Both the position numbers and the translations under genes were made by a program. From Chitinophagales bacterium (GTDB taxonomy: Bacteria; Bacteroidota; Bacteroidia; Chitinophagales; JADIYW01), in the NCBI GenBank assembly GCA_023957245.1, contig JAMLHJ010000004.1, positions 11,680-75,679 of the forward strand: DNA of 64,000 nt. Reading direction: 5' to 3'. Positions 19,285-28,885 of this stretch are shown here, piece after piece. Numbering within the stretch: position 1 is the first letter of the stretch; every line of letters begins with the position of its first letter. The notes under the pieces are model-generated. The model ran no database searches. It was given only the letters and a program-made list of their open reading frames with translations, and was not told the DNA's origin.

Positions 19285-19600
19285 ACCGAATTCCTTTTAA
19301 TTTTCTACCAAATATAAAGTTATACATTTAGCCAATCTAAAAATAAAAATAGATTCTGAACTCTTGTTAATAAAGTTATTCACTAGCTATTTTTTTTGTG
19401 GAATAATTTATAATGAAGCAATGGGATAATTTGGAAATGTGAAAATTTGGTGAGAAATGAGAAGTAAAATGTAAGAAGAAAGTATAAAGTACGAAAATTG
19501 CTATCAAAGCCAACCGCATTGATTACCAAGTATGAAATAATGTGAGAAGTATGAAATTTGGAAATTTGGAAATGAGAAAAAAATACGAAGTACAAATTAC

Positions 19601-19702
19601 GAAGTACGAATAAAAAATGCTGGAAGTAGAGTTTGCCTCGTAGAGGCTGCCGCTAGGTAATAATACATAATCAACCAACTATTGCTCCGTAGGAGCTACC
19701 CT
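19601..19702 (+). repeat. 102-nt three-hairpin module, copy 2
   Basis: GCCTC-GTA-GAGGC, TGCC-GCTA-GGTA (an A-to-G change keeps a G-U pair) and GCTCC-GTA-GGAGC. Confidence 0.85.
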
Positions 19703-19985
19703 TTTATTGATTTCAAGAATATCGCCGTCCAAAATTTAACCGCAAAGGATACAAAGTCTTACGCAAAGTTCACAAAGTTCAATGAAACAATGAGAAGATT
19801 TGGAGATGTGAAGATGCTGGTGGTTGAGACGGTCATTAAGCTTGTCGAAATGTTGTCGAAACCATAGAGAAGAGTGAAAAATTAAAAATTAAAAGTACGA
19901 AGTACGAATGAAAAATGCAGGTGGCTGAGGTTCTCGAAACTAACCGCAAAGTTCACCAAGTCTCTACACAAAGTTCACGAAGTGT

Positions 19986-20203
19986 TAGACAGTACTAAAC
20001 GTTGCGAATGCGCTCTGCACCATAGATTTTGATGCTGGGCACCCACTATACGAAGAAAGCGTAATTTCTTCAACTGTTTGAGACGAAGTCGAGTTTTGAA
20101 GAAATAGCTTTCAAGTATTTAGTGGGTCAGCGAAAAATCCGGTGCTGGTCACTGAGTTTATCGAAGTGCTTTTGCATACTTTTTCTTTTAAAGAAAAGTA
20201 TGA
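19986..20203 (+). repeat. 218-nt conserved unit, copy 1 (candidate structured RNA or MITE-like unit)
   Basis: Aligns without gaps to 56250-56467, with about 9 mismatches by eye. Hairpins include GAAGAAA-GCGTAA-TTTCTTC and CATACTTTT..AAAAGTATG. Confidence 0.9.
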
Positions 20204-20439
20204 GAAAAAATAATGAAATAATGTGGAGATTTGGAAATGTGAAAATTTGGTGAAAAATGAGAAGTAAAATGTAAGAAGAAAGAGCTGGTGGTTGGTTGTC
20301 GAAACCATAGAGAAGAGTGAAAAATTAAAAGTTAAAAGTACAAGTACGAAAAATGCTGTTGAAACCAACCGCAAAGTATGATAAAATTTAACCACAAAGG
20401 ACGCTATGTCTTACGCAAAGTTCACGGAGTGCTTTTGCA

Positions 20440-20476
20440 AGTCTTGAATCTTGGTTCTTGTATCTTAATTCTTAGT
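20440..20476 (-). repeat. heptamer tract in inverse orientation
   Basis: The reverse complement contains AAGAACCAAGATTCAAGACT, identical to 16024-16043. Confidence 0.8.
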
Positions 20477-20821
20477 TAAGAAACCCTGAAATAAATTCAA
20501 GTTGGCATGGTAGGGTAAAAACCAACTTCGTTCCACAGATATTTATAATATTAAGAAATTTAGACATTTTTCATTAAGCAATTGTTAATCCTTACCTTTT
20601 GATTAAATAACGTACTTTTGAATTGCTTATTATCTGTTAATTTTTTATTCAACACCCTAAGCTTAAGTATTTTTTAACATAAAAGCATCGTTCTTTATAA
20701 TTTATAGAAAATCAATAGGATGTGGTTTTTTTATTTTCAATTATGACGATAAATAGTTGTATTTAGAGATAATTTATACCTCATTTTTCTTGTGAAGGAT
20801 TCCAATTATGATTTTTATTTA

Positions 20822-20829
20822 TACCTTTG
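20822..20829 (+). promoter_or_regulatory. candidate -7 promoter box (TAnnTTTG) for the adhesin gene
   Basis: TACCTTTG lies about 135 nt upstream of the ATG at 20964. This is a motif match only. Confidence 0.3.
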
Positions 20830-20963
20830 CATTGTTGTTGAGATAATTTATTGCTTAAATTGTAATTTTTTTGCAGGCAAGGTTTTGTGAGCTAGTGTTG
20901 TGTGTCTGATTTTTTACTAAGCAATAATTTTTCAAAAGCACATTTTGTATAAAATTATTGATT

Positions 20964-23900
20964 ATGATGAAAAATTTACAAAAAAGAAACTTACTATCTT
21001 CTTTTTGGAAACCATGGCTACTCATGGTTTTGTGTGGTATTGTCGGCTTGGGATCTGCTTCGGCAGCTATTACTGTTTCGTCTTCAGCGACTAGTTTGGC
21101 AAATTCAGGATCAAGTAAATCTGTTACTTTTAACAGCCCATCTGGCTCTAATCAGATATTGATAGTCGGTGTATCTTCTAATGACCCTAATGTGTCAGTG
21201 ACTAGTGCTACTTACGGCTCCAATAACTTACTCAGAAAAGATTCGGTCATTAATGCTTCTGGTGCTAAGCTATGGATATTTTATATGCTGAATCCTCCAA
21301 GTGGAAGCAAGTCAGTAACTATCAACTTTGATAATAATGTTTATTCAATTGTGGGTGCTACTACCTTCTCCGGAGTAGATTTAGGAAATCCTTTTGGTAA
21401 TAAAAGTAGTCTTAATAGTGGAGCAGGTAATGTTTCTTTGAGTGTATCTGGTACAAATAGCACCAATTTGGTGTATATGTTAGCAGCTTTTAACAATACA
21501 GGTACTTTAACTGTTGGTTCTGGTCAGACAAAATTATCTGAAAGAACAAATTCTTTTATTTCATCAGTATCTAGTTATAAAACTGGATCTTCTGGAAGTA
21601 CATCTGTCAATACAAATTTTTCTGTCTACGCATGGAGAGCTGGTTATGCTGTAGCATTGAATGAAACCAGCCCTTGTAATTTGGGTGATGTAGTTTTTAA
21701 CTTAGGTGCAAGCTCTACTCGTTGTCAAGGTGCAGGAACTGTAACTTATACAGCTACTGCGGCCAATTCATCATCTATTACATATACTCTTGATGCTACT
21801 AGTTTAGCTGCTGGTAACACTATCAATGCTTCTACAGGTGCAGTTACTTATGTAGCAGGTTGGTCAGGAACATCAACGATAACAGCTACAGCAAGTGCAA
21901 GTGGCTGTACAGACAAAACGGCAACACATACTGTTACAGTAACGCCTACTGTTAGTTCTCCAGTTTTTAATTTGGGAGCGAGCTCTGATCGTTGTTCGAG
22001 TGCTGGAACAGTATCATATACGGCTACTGCTAGCAATAGTACTGGAATTACATATTCATTGGATGCTTCTAGTATTGCTGGTGGTAATAGTATCAATTCT
22101 TCAACAGGAGTTGTTACTTATGTTGCTACTTGGTCAGGAACATCAACGATTACTGCTTCGGCTGCTGGCTGTAATGGCCCTGTTACTTCTACTCATAGTG
22201 TTACGATAGACAAATTGATTGTTAAGAACGACACAGTACAAGGAGTACAAGGTGTGCCTGTAAGTTTTAATGTTTTGACTAATGATCAATGTGATATTAA
22301 TCCATCATCAATTACTGTTATTACTCCACCTTCAATTGGTATTCTACAAAATAATGGGAATGGTAATTTTACATACCAACCGATAGGTGCTTTTGTTGGA
22401 GAGATTCCTTTTGTTTATCAAGTATGTTCCAATGCTCCAGTGTCATGTAAACAAGCTACTGTTGTATTGAATATTACACCAAGTCTTGACGAACCGTGTG
22501 CTATCGCAAACAGGGAAAAGATATATTATATGCCTTTCCCTGAGAATAATACACAATTAAGACAATCTTTGTTAAGTGCGGCAAGTACTAATTCTTTAAC
22601 AGCAAATGCTCGAAATGTCACTAGTATCGTTGTCCCATATCCAGGTACTGTTATTCATTACGATCATTGGGAAGATGGATATGAAGTAGATATCAAAAAT
22701 CCTACTCAAATAACCACTAAAATATATGGAGATGGAGATTTGACCAATGGTATCGCTCCTGGTTATCCTTCAGACATTATTCCTCCTGGAGCTTATATAG
22801 AATTTGATGAAATCTTCCCATGGAATAGAACTACAAGTGTATTGGCTTTTGATGGTAAGGATAAATTATATTCTTCTTATAATATTAGTGTTACAAAAGT
22901 TACAGGTGATGGAGGGTTGATTGGTGCTGCTAAAATATTTGATCTTCAAAATGTAAAAACAGCAGTTCCAGATATAACCAAGTACGGTCAATATTTTGTA
23001 ATGCCTTTCGGTGAGAATGTTACGAGGGGTGGAAGCACAAATGTATTCAGATATACGGGTCTATTTGTGAGTGTTGCTGAAGATGGCACCATTGTACAGT
23101 TGGATTATGATGGAAATGGCACTTTTGATGTAACTTCCCCTACCTTAAATGAAGGAGAAGTATGGTTTTATAATGGTACTGGTTCTACCCCTGGCGTATC
23201 AGCTGACGTGAATAAATCAATTGATATCAAGTCAGGAGCGGTGGTTAAGGCTAATAAAGATGTAGGAGTAAACTTGGTTTTTGGTGGAATAGATTATTAT
23301 GGAACTAGAAATATCCCAGTATTTCCATCACAGTTTTATGGTAGTGATTATATAACTTCAGTTTATGCTACTGGTAGCAACAAAGTATTTGCTTATTTTG
23401 TTAATCCTAACAGTAGCCAAATTACTATTAATTATAGCAAAGGTAATGGAAATAGCGGTAGTATTACTGTTCCTGCAAACAATGGAATGAATTGGTTTGA
23501 CCTTAATCAAGCCACAGGTGTGAGATTTACAAGCTCTGATGGTAAGCCTTTTACTGCAGTGGTGATTGTTGATGATGGTACTAGTGCGTCAACTTATGAT
23601 TGGGCTTATAACATGACACCAGTTGATAAATTGACAGATATGGGTTCTTTAGGCTGGGCTCCAGGTACTTCTGATAATTCAGCAAATTATACCCCTGCAT
23701 GGGTAACAGCTACAACAGCTACAACAGTGTATGTGAAATATGATGGGGATATTACTTCGGGAGGTAATACAAGTCCATGTGATGCGCATTATGATATTTC
23801 TTATAGTCTTTCTGCACTAGGTGCATTAAAAATTAAAGATCCAGATAATGATAATTCAGGTATGGCAATTTTTACTTGTGATGGTACACCCATCAGTATA

Positions 23901-26900
23901 GTATGGGGACAAGATCCTATATCAAGTACACCGACAGGTTCTCCATCTATAGATGTAGGATATCGTGTAGAATCTATCTGTAAAGAACGCAAGATTTTTG
24001 CTGCTGAAGATAAAAAAGCTACAACAGAAAATACTCCTGTTGTTATTGATGTGCAAGTCAATGACTTTGGATTCTTACTTACTAAAGATCCATCTTCTAT
24101 AAGCACTTCTGGTCTTCAACAGCCATTAAATGGCTCTGTATCGCTGAATCCTAATCATACATTTACTTATACTCCTAATTTAGGTTTCGTAGGCTTGGAT
24201 TCATTTGAATATAGAATTTGTGCTCAAGCTCCTTATGCAAATATTTGTGAAACATCTAAAGTTTATGTAAGAGTAACTTGTGCGGATAGCGTAGGGTATG
24301 AAGTGATTAAAGGGGTAGTTTTTGCGGATGTCAATTTGAATCAGAACGCCGACACTAGTGAATATGGTTTAGGAAATATACCTGTTCAATTGTATGATGA
24401 TGTAAATGCTAATGGAATCTTCGATGGTGGAGATATCTTGCTATCATCTAAAACCACAGACTCTATAGGTAATTATACTTTTGATATAACTCAAAACAAT
24501 ACTTATTTAGATCAATTTAATACGAATGGAAATGGTGCAGGTAGTAATGGTACTAAGGCTTGGGCTTCTACTCCATGGACTGAAATTGTTGAAAGTAATG
24601 GATTTAATAGTGGTAGTATCAGAGTGATAGGAAATAAATTAAGAATTGCTGGTAATGGTGCGACAACACAGGCTGGTGCTAGAAGAACAGCTAACCTTAC
24701 TGGAGCTATTAAAGCTATCTTTACTTTTGATGTAACAAAGACTGCATTTAGTAGCCATGCCAATGACTGGGTAGAAGTGCAGATAAGCAATGCCGTAAAT
24801 GGCACGTATAGTACATTGGCTAGATTTGATGGTACAGAAGCGATTGCTTCTGCGGCTACAATTAATTTTGATATTACAAGTTATGTTTCTGCGAATACGA
24901 CTATCAGATTCTTAGAGTCTTCAGATGCCAATTTCGCATCTACTGAATATTTGGAATTTGACAATGTTCAAATCAAATACTATACAGAAGATAACTTTAT
25001 TGTCAAATTAGATGATAATCTTCAAAATTATGGTATTACTACACCTGTATCTCCAAATTATCATGCAAGTTCTTATAGTGCAGTGTTTGCTGGAGACTGT
25101 GCGCATAACTTTGGTTTAGGTAGAGCTGACCTTGAAGTAGAAAAACTTGTCAATAAAGACACTGCTTTCGTTGGCGATAGCATTAGTTTTACTATTACAG
25201 TCACTAATAATGGACCTACTGCAACAGAAAATATCACTATTAATGATTTATTACCTTCTGGCTTGACATATTTGTCTCATAGTGCATCTACTGGCACTTA
25301 TACTCAAGGAACAGGTAATTGGACTATTGCTAGATTAGATAATTTACAATCAGAAACACTTTCTATTAATGCTTTAGTGACAGTAGCAGCTATTCCATTA
25401 GTTGCAAATATTGCTAATGTAACAGCAAGTAGCCAACCTGATCCTATTACAAGTAATAATCAAGATACTGCACAAGTAATTGTTTTAAAGAATACGACCA
25501 ATGCTGTAAACGATGAGAACTCTACATGGGTAAATATTCCAGTAGGAGGAAATGTTACAACAAATGATTTTGATTTAGAAAATAATACACAAGACTTTAA
25601 TTCTTTCTTGAACCAAAATGGTAATGGCAGTCCAATTACTAGCGGAGCAACAGTGAGCGGGAAAGACCAAAATGGTAATCCTGTAAATAATGCTGGTACA
25701 TTAGAGTTTGATGATGATGGTAATTATGAATATTCACCAGCTCCAGGTTTTGTAGGTACAATTGAAGTACCATACAGCATCTGTGATAATGGAACGCCTA
25801 CAGCATGTGACACAGCAGTGTTAGTGATTACAGTATCTCCATTGAATACTGATGCAAATAGTGTAATTGCTAACAATGATGAATATCATACAAAAGGTAG
25901 TCCAGTTACATCAGATATTACTACCAATGATGCCGATCCGCAAGGAGATAACTTCACTGTAACTAGCTATAAATATGATAGCAATGGAGATGGTTCATTA
26001 GATGCAACAGGAACAATAGGTTCATCACATACTATCGGAGGCTATAATGAAGAAGGCGTATGGGTAGCCAATGCGGGAACTTTAGTTCAGAACAGCAATG
26101 GTATCTTTACCTTCACACCAGCTAATGATTTCAAAGGAACTGTATCTTACGATTATACGATTACAGATGACTATTCCAGCCCAGCTACAGATGTAGCTAC
26201 AGTTGTTATCACAGTTGTAAGAGATCAGAATGGTCCTAAAAATGACCCACCAGTTGCAGGAGATGATTTTTCAACTACTACGGTGAATACACCAGTTAGC
26301 GGAACTTATGTTTCAAATGATAAAGACCTTAACGGAGATTCATTAAGTTACAATGGAGTGACACTTGATCCTAATGGACCAGCTACTCCATTAGATACTT
26401 TGACTACAGAGCAAGGAGGTCAAGTGGTTATCAATAAAGATGGTTCATATACCTACTATCCACCAACTAACTATATAGGTCCAGATAGAGTAGAATATGA
26501 AATCTGTGATGTAACAGTTATCGAACCACAACCATTGTGTGCTAAGGCAACAATTCATACATTGATAGGTCCTGGTTTGACAATAGAAGGAAATCTTTTC
26601 CACGATGGAAATGGTATGAAAGATGATTTTGTTAACGGTCCTGGTACGAATGTGTCAAATGCAGTATATGCAATCTTGACAGATAGTAATGGAGTTGTTT
26701 TACAAAGTGTTCCTGTTAATCCTGATGGTAGCTTTGAATTTACTAATGCACCATTCCAAACTGATTTGTTGGTGGTGATAGATACTGTTCAAAGAGCTAA
26801 AAATAGCGTTGTGACAACATCTACTTTACCTCAAGGATGGGTAAGTACAGGTGAGAAATTGGGTCAAATCAATGTTGTTCAAGGCAATGATGGCGTAATT

Positions 26901-27986
26901 GATGGTGTAAACACTGAGGTGGGTAAACCAAGAACTACTATTGCTAATATCAACTTTGCTATCCAACAATTACCTACAGCTGATGATAAATTCTACAATC
27001 TTCCTACTTCAGCATTTGGAGTAACTCCACTTGCTGGATATCCTAATATCTTTGAGAATGGATTGCAATATTATTCAATTGCTTCAAGCAATCCTGTATT
27101 AGATGGAGGATATGCTAATAAAGGTTTATTGACAGGTAGTGACCCAGAAGATTGCTCACAAGCTGAAGGTTGTAATGCAACATCAACGTTCATTGTAGAT
27201 TCTATCTATCCGACAACGATTTTATACTATAATTTCGGGAACGAAGGAGGAATAGCTCGTATTGTAGCTGGAGATACTATAGCGAACTATGACCCTTCTA
27301 AATTAGTGATTTATGGTCAGGAAGGCATGGGTCAGTCAGATAGTGTCAATAATAATGCATTAGGATTCAGATATAGCATAGTGGATAACGCTGGATTTGC
27401 AAGTTCGCCTGTAGATTATCAAATAGTAACTGATTTTGCATTGCCAGTAGAGTTGCTATACTTTACTGTAGATGTGAAAGATTGTTCAGTGGTGTTGAAC
27501 TGGGCGACAGCATCTGAGTTGAATAACGATTACTTTGAAGTACAAAGAAGTGTTGATGCTATTAACTGGGAAGTATTATCTCAAGTAATTGGACATGGTA
27601 CTACTAATAATAGACATGAATACAACTATGTAGATGGTTCAGCATTGAGTGGAACAGTATATTATAGATTGAGACAAGTGGATTATGACGGAGTATCTGA
27701 GTTGCACAAAGTAGTGTCTGTACAAGCTCCATCATGTGGAAGCAATAGAGTAGTGCTTTATCCAAATCCTACACATCATGTATTGAATGTTAAGATTGAT
27801 TACCCAAGATATCAAGATTTGAATATTAAGATATATGATAGCAAAGGTGGATTAGTAAGACAGCTAAATAATATTGTCTCAGACAACAAGTTAGATGTGA
27901 ACTACTTACCAGCTGGGACTTATTTGTTACAATTGACTTCAACGTCTGAGCAGATAGGAGTATATCCATTTATCATCGCAAAATAA
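20964..27986 (+). CDS. giant T9SS-secreted multidomain adhesin (about 2340 aa)
   Basis: Signal peptide; two 90-aa Cys-bracketed repeats; several cadherin/Ig-like TNDxD modules; an SdrD-B-like segment ([18 protein letters not shown]); a DUF11-type repeat ([31 protein letters not shown]); C-terminal T9SS sorting domain ([21 protein letters not shown]). Confidence 0.9.
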   Translation: MMKNLQKRNLLSSFWKPWLLMVLCGIVGLGSASAAITVSSSATSLANSGSSKSVTFNSPSGSNQILIVGVSSNDPNVSVTSATYGSNNLLRKDSVINASGAKLWIFYMLNPPSGSKSVTINFDNNVYSIVGATTFSGVDLGNPFGNKSSLNSGAGNVSLSVSGTNSTNLVYMLAAFNNTGTLTVGSGQTKLSERTNSFISSVSSYKTGSSGSTSVNTNFSVYAWRAGYAVALNETSPCNLGDVVFNLGASSTRCQGAGTVTYTATAANSSSITYTLDATSLAAGNTINASTGAVTYVAGWSGTSTITATASASGCTDKTATHTVTVTPTVSSPVFNLGASSDRCSSAGTVSYTATASNSTGITYSLDASSIAGGNSINSSTGVVTYVATWSGTSTITASAAGCNGPVTSTHSVTIDKLIVKNDTVQGVQGVPVSFNVLTNDQCDINPSSITVITPPSIGILQNNGNGNFTYQPIGAFVGEIPFVYQVCSNAPVSCKQATVVLNITPSLDEPCAIANREKIYYMPFPENNTQLRQSLLSAASTNSLTANARNVTSIVVPYPGTVIHYDHWEDGYEVDIKNPTQITTKIYGDGDLTNGIAPGYPSDIIPPGAYIEFDEIFPWNRTTSVLAFDGKDKLYSSYNISVTKVTGDGGLIGAAKIFDLQNVKTAVPDITKYGQYFVMPFGENVTRGGSTNVFRYTGLFVSVAEDGTIVQLDYDGNGTFDVTSPTLNEGEVWFYNGTGSTPGVSADVNKSIDIKSGAVVKANKDVGVNLVFGGIDYYGTRNIPVFPSQFYGSDYITSVYATGSNKVFAYFVNPNSSQITINYSKGNGNSGSITVPANNGMNWFDLNQATGVRFTSSDGKPFTAVVIVDDGTSASTYDWAYNMTPVDKLTDMGSLGWAPGTSDNSANYTPAWVTATTATTVYVKYDGDITSGGNTSPCDAHYDISYSLSALGALKIKDPDNDNSGMAIFTCDGTPISIVWGQDPISSTPTGSPSIDVGYRVESICKERKIFAAEDKKATTENTPVVIDVQVNDFGFLLTKDPSSISTSGLQQPLNGSVSLNPNHTFTYTPNLGFVGLDSFEYRICAQAPYANICETSKVYVRVTCADSVGYEVIKGVVFADVNLNQNADTSEYGLGNIPVQLYDDVNANGIFDGGDILLSSKTTDSIGNYTFDITQNNTYLDQFNTNGNGAGSNGTKAWASTPWTEIVESNGFNSGSIRVIGNKLRIAGNGATTQAGARRTANLTGAIKAIFTFDVTKTAFSSHANDWVEVQISNAVNGTYSTLARFDGTEAIASAATINFDITSYVSANTTIRFLESSDANFASTEYLEFDNVQIKYYTEDNFIVKLDDNLQNYGITTPVSPNYHASSYSAVFAGDCAHNFGLGRADLEVEKLVNKDTAFVGDSISFTITVTNNGPTATENITINDLLPSGLTYLSHSASTGTYTQGTGNWTIARLDNLQSETLSINALVTVAAIPLVANIANVTASSQPDPITSNNQDTAQVIVLKNTTNAVNDENSTWVNIPVGGNVTTNDFDLENNTQDFNSFLNQNGNGSPITSGATVSGKDQNGNPVNNAGTLEFDDDGNYEYSPAPGFVGTIEVPYSICDNGTPTACDTAVLVITVSPLNTDANSVIANNDEYHTKGSPVTSDITTNDADPQGDNFTVTSYKYDSNGDGSLDATGTIGSSHTIGGYNEEGVWVANAGTLVQNSNGIFTFTPANDFKGTVSYDYTITDDYSSPATDVATVVITVVRDQNGPKNDPPVAGDDFSTTTVNTPVSGTYVSNDKDLNGDSLSYNGVTLDPNGPATPLDTLTTEQGGQVVINKDGSYTYYPPTNYIGPDRVEYEICDVTVIEPQPLCAKATIHTLIGPGLTIEGNLFHDGNGMKDDFVNGPGTNVSNAVYAILTDSNGVVLQSVPVNPDGSFEFTNAPFQTDLLVVIDTVQRAKNSVVTTSTLPQGWVSTGEKLGQINVVQGNDGVIDGVNTEVGKPRTTIANINFAIQQLPTADDKFYNLPTSAFGVTPLAGYPNIFENGLQYYSIASSNPVLDGGYANKGLLTGSDPEDCSQAEGCNATSTFIVDSIYPTTILYYNFGNEGGIARIVAGDTIANYDPSKLVIYGQEGMGQSDSVNNNALGFRYSIVDNAGFASSPVDYQIVTDFALPVELLYFTVDVKDCSVVLNWATASELNNDYFEVQRSVDAINWEVLSQVIGHGTTNNRHEYNYVDGSALSGTVYYRLRQVDYDGVSELHKVVSVQAPSCGSNRVVLYPNPTHHVLNVKIDYPRYQDLNIKIYDSKGGLVRQLNNIVSDNKLDVNYLPAGTYLLQLTSTSEQIGVYPFIIAK
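21693..22208 (+). repeat. in-frame tandem duplication (270-nt period) inside the adhesin gene
   Basis: [65 protein letters not shown].. is repeated as [65 protein letters not shown].. Confidence 0.85.
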
Positions 27987-28028
27987 GATATGTAATATTG
28001 GGTTGAACAACCCCAACTGATATCAAAT

Positions 28029-28065
28029 AATAGGGCTTGCAGAAATGTAAGCCCTATTATTATTA
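28029..28065 (+). terminator. terminator hairpin after the adhesin gene
   Basis: A 10-bp stem, AATAGGGCTT (28029-28038) pairing with AAGCCCTATT (28049-28058), followed by ATTATTA. The U-tract is weak. Confidence 0.5.
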
Positions 28066-28172
28066 GTGCTGTATAAGTCGTTCTGTCTTCTAATGAAATA
28101 TTTTACCAAACAAACGTTCATTTTTTATTAGAATAATTAAAATATTACTTTTATATTGAGTTTAAATTAAAA

Positions 28173-28505
28173 TTGAATAGTAAAATGACAGCAAGAGAAA
28201 TTGTATTGGGATTGCCTTCTAGATTTAAAGGAGATGCATCCACAGATAATGGAGTTTTCCATTTTGTATTGGAAGGAGACGGTGGAGGAGAGTTTTCAGT
28301 CAAAGTGACAGATGGTGTTTGTTCTGTAGAAGAAGGTCTTTCAGGAGATGCTGATTGTGTGATAAGTTCTACTGCAGCTGATTTTGAAGATGCAGAATAT
28401 GGCAGAGTCAATAAACAAATGGCTGTTATGATGGGAAAAATTAAAATTAGTAATTTAGGTGCTATGCTTAAATTTTTATCGTTGTTCAGTGATTTAGAAG
28501 CTTAG
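28173..28505 (+). CDS. SCP2 sterol-binding-domain protein
   Basis: SCP2-like C-terminal block MAVMMGKIKISNLGAMLKF and an acidic/Gly-rich core. Confidence 0.7.
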   Translation: MNSKMTAREIVLGLPSRFKGDASTDNGVFHFVLEGDGGGEFSVKVTDGVCSVEEGLSGDADCVISSTAADFEDAEYGRVNKQMAVMMGKIKISNLGAMLKFLSLFSDLEA

Positions 28506-28574
28506 GCTTTTTCTGATTTTTAGTATAAGAGGTGATCGAGAGATTGCCTTTTTGTTTTATAGGTAGTGTTTCAT

Positions 28575-28885
28575 CTACTTTGAGAACTTTTGAGGAATAA
28601 CTATTACACAAAAGACACGAAGAAGACACAAAAAACACAAAGCAAAATCTTTGTGAAACTCTGTGCTTCTTTGAGAAACTTTGTGGAATAACTTCAATAA
28701 ATAACTATTACACAAAAGGCACGGAGAAAATCTTTGTAAAACTTTGCGTAGAACTTAGCATACTTTGCGGTTAATTTCGTAGGACTCAACCACTAGTCAT
28801 TTTTCATTCGTACTTCTTAATTCTCAACTCTTAATTTTCTCTACATTATTACATTGCTTCATTATTTCATTTCCTCCTCTTCTCA
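28575..28885 (-). repeat. mosaic repeat tract in minus orientation, beginning on the DUF2779 stop codon
   Basis: Read on the minus strand: TGAGAAGAGGAGGAAATGAAATAATGAAGCAATGTAATAATGTAGAGA; TTAAGAGTTGAGAATTAA; GAAGTACGAATGAAAAATG; CTAGTGGTTGAG; TTAACCGCAAAG..TACGCAAAG; then a 10-nt phased tract and the CTATTACACAAAAG module. Confidence 0.85.

Larger units (their letters stand above)
19380..20480 (+). repeat. 1.1-kb array of the same repeat modules, with internal duplications
   Basis: The 54-nt unit at 19429-19482 equals 20229-20282 with 1 mismatch. The unit at 19852-19918 is about equal to 20295-20356. The array also holds the 102-nt hairpin module, four TAACCGCAAAG..ACGCAAAGTTCACGRAG units and the 218-nt unit. 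Confidence 0.9.

Noticed and set aside
19380-20480. Possible CRISPR array, because of the many short direct repeats
   Set aside because: There is no constant-length repeat alternating with unique spacers. The repeats are heterogeneous modules, some inverted, and there are no cas genes in the window.
21848-24805. Four ORFs of 69-101 aa inside or antisense to the adhesin gene (21848-22096, 22000-22209, 23801-24106, 24512-24805)
   Set aside because: They are by-products of the Thr/Ala/Gly/Ser-rich repeat coding sequence. The 7-kb frame with signal peptide and T9SS CTD explains the region.
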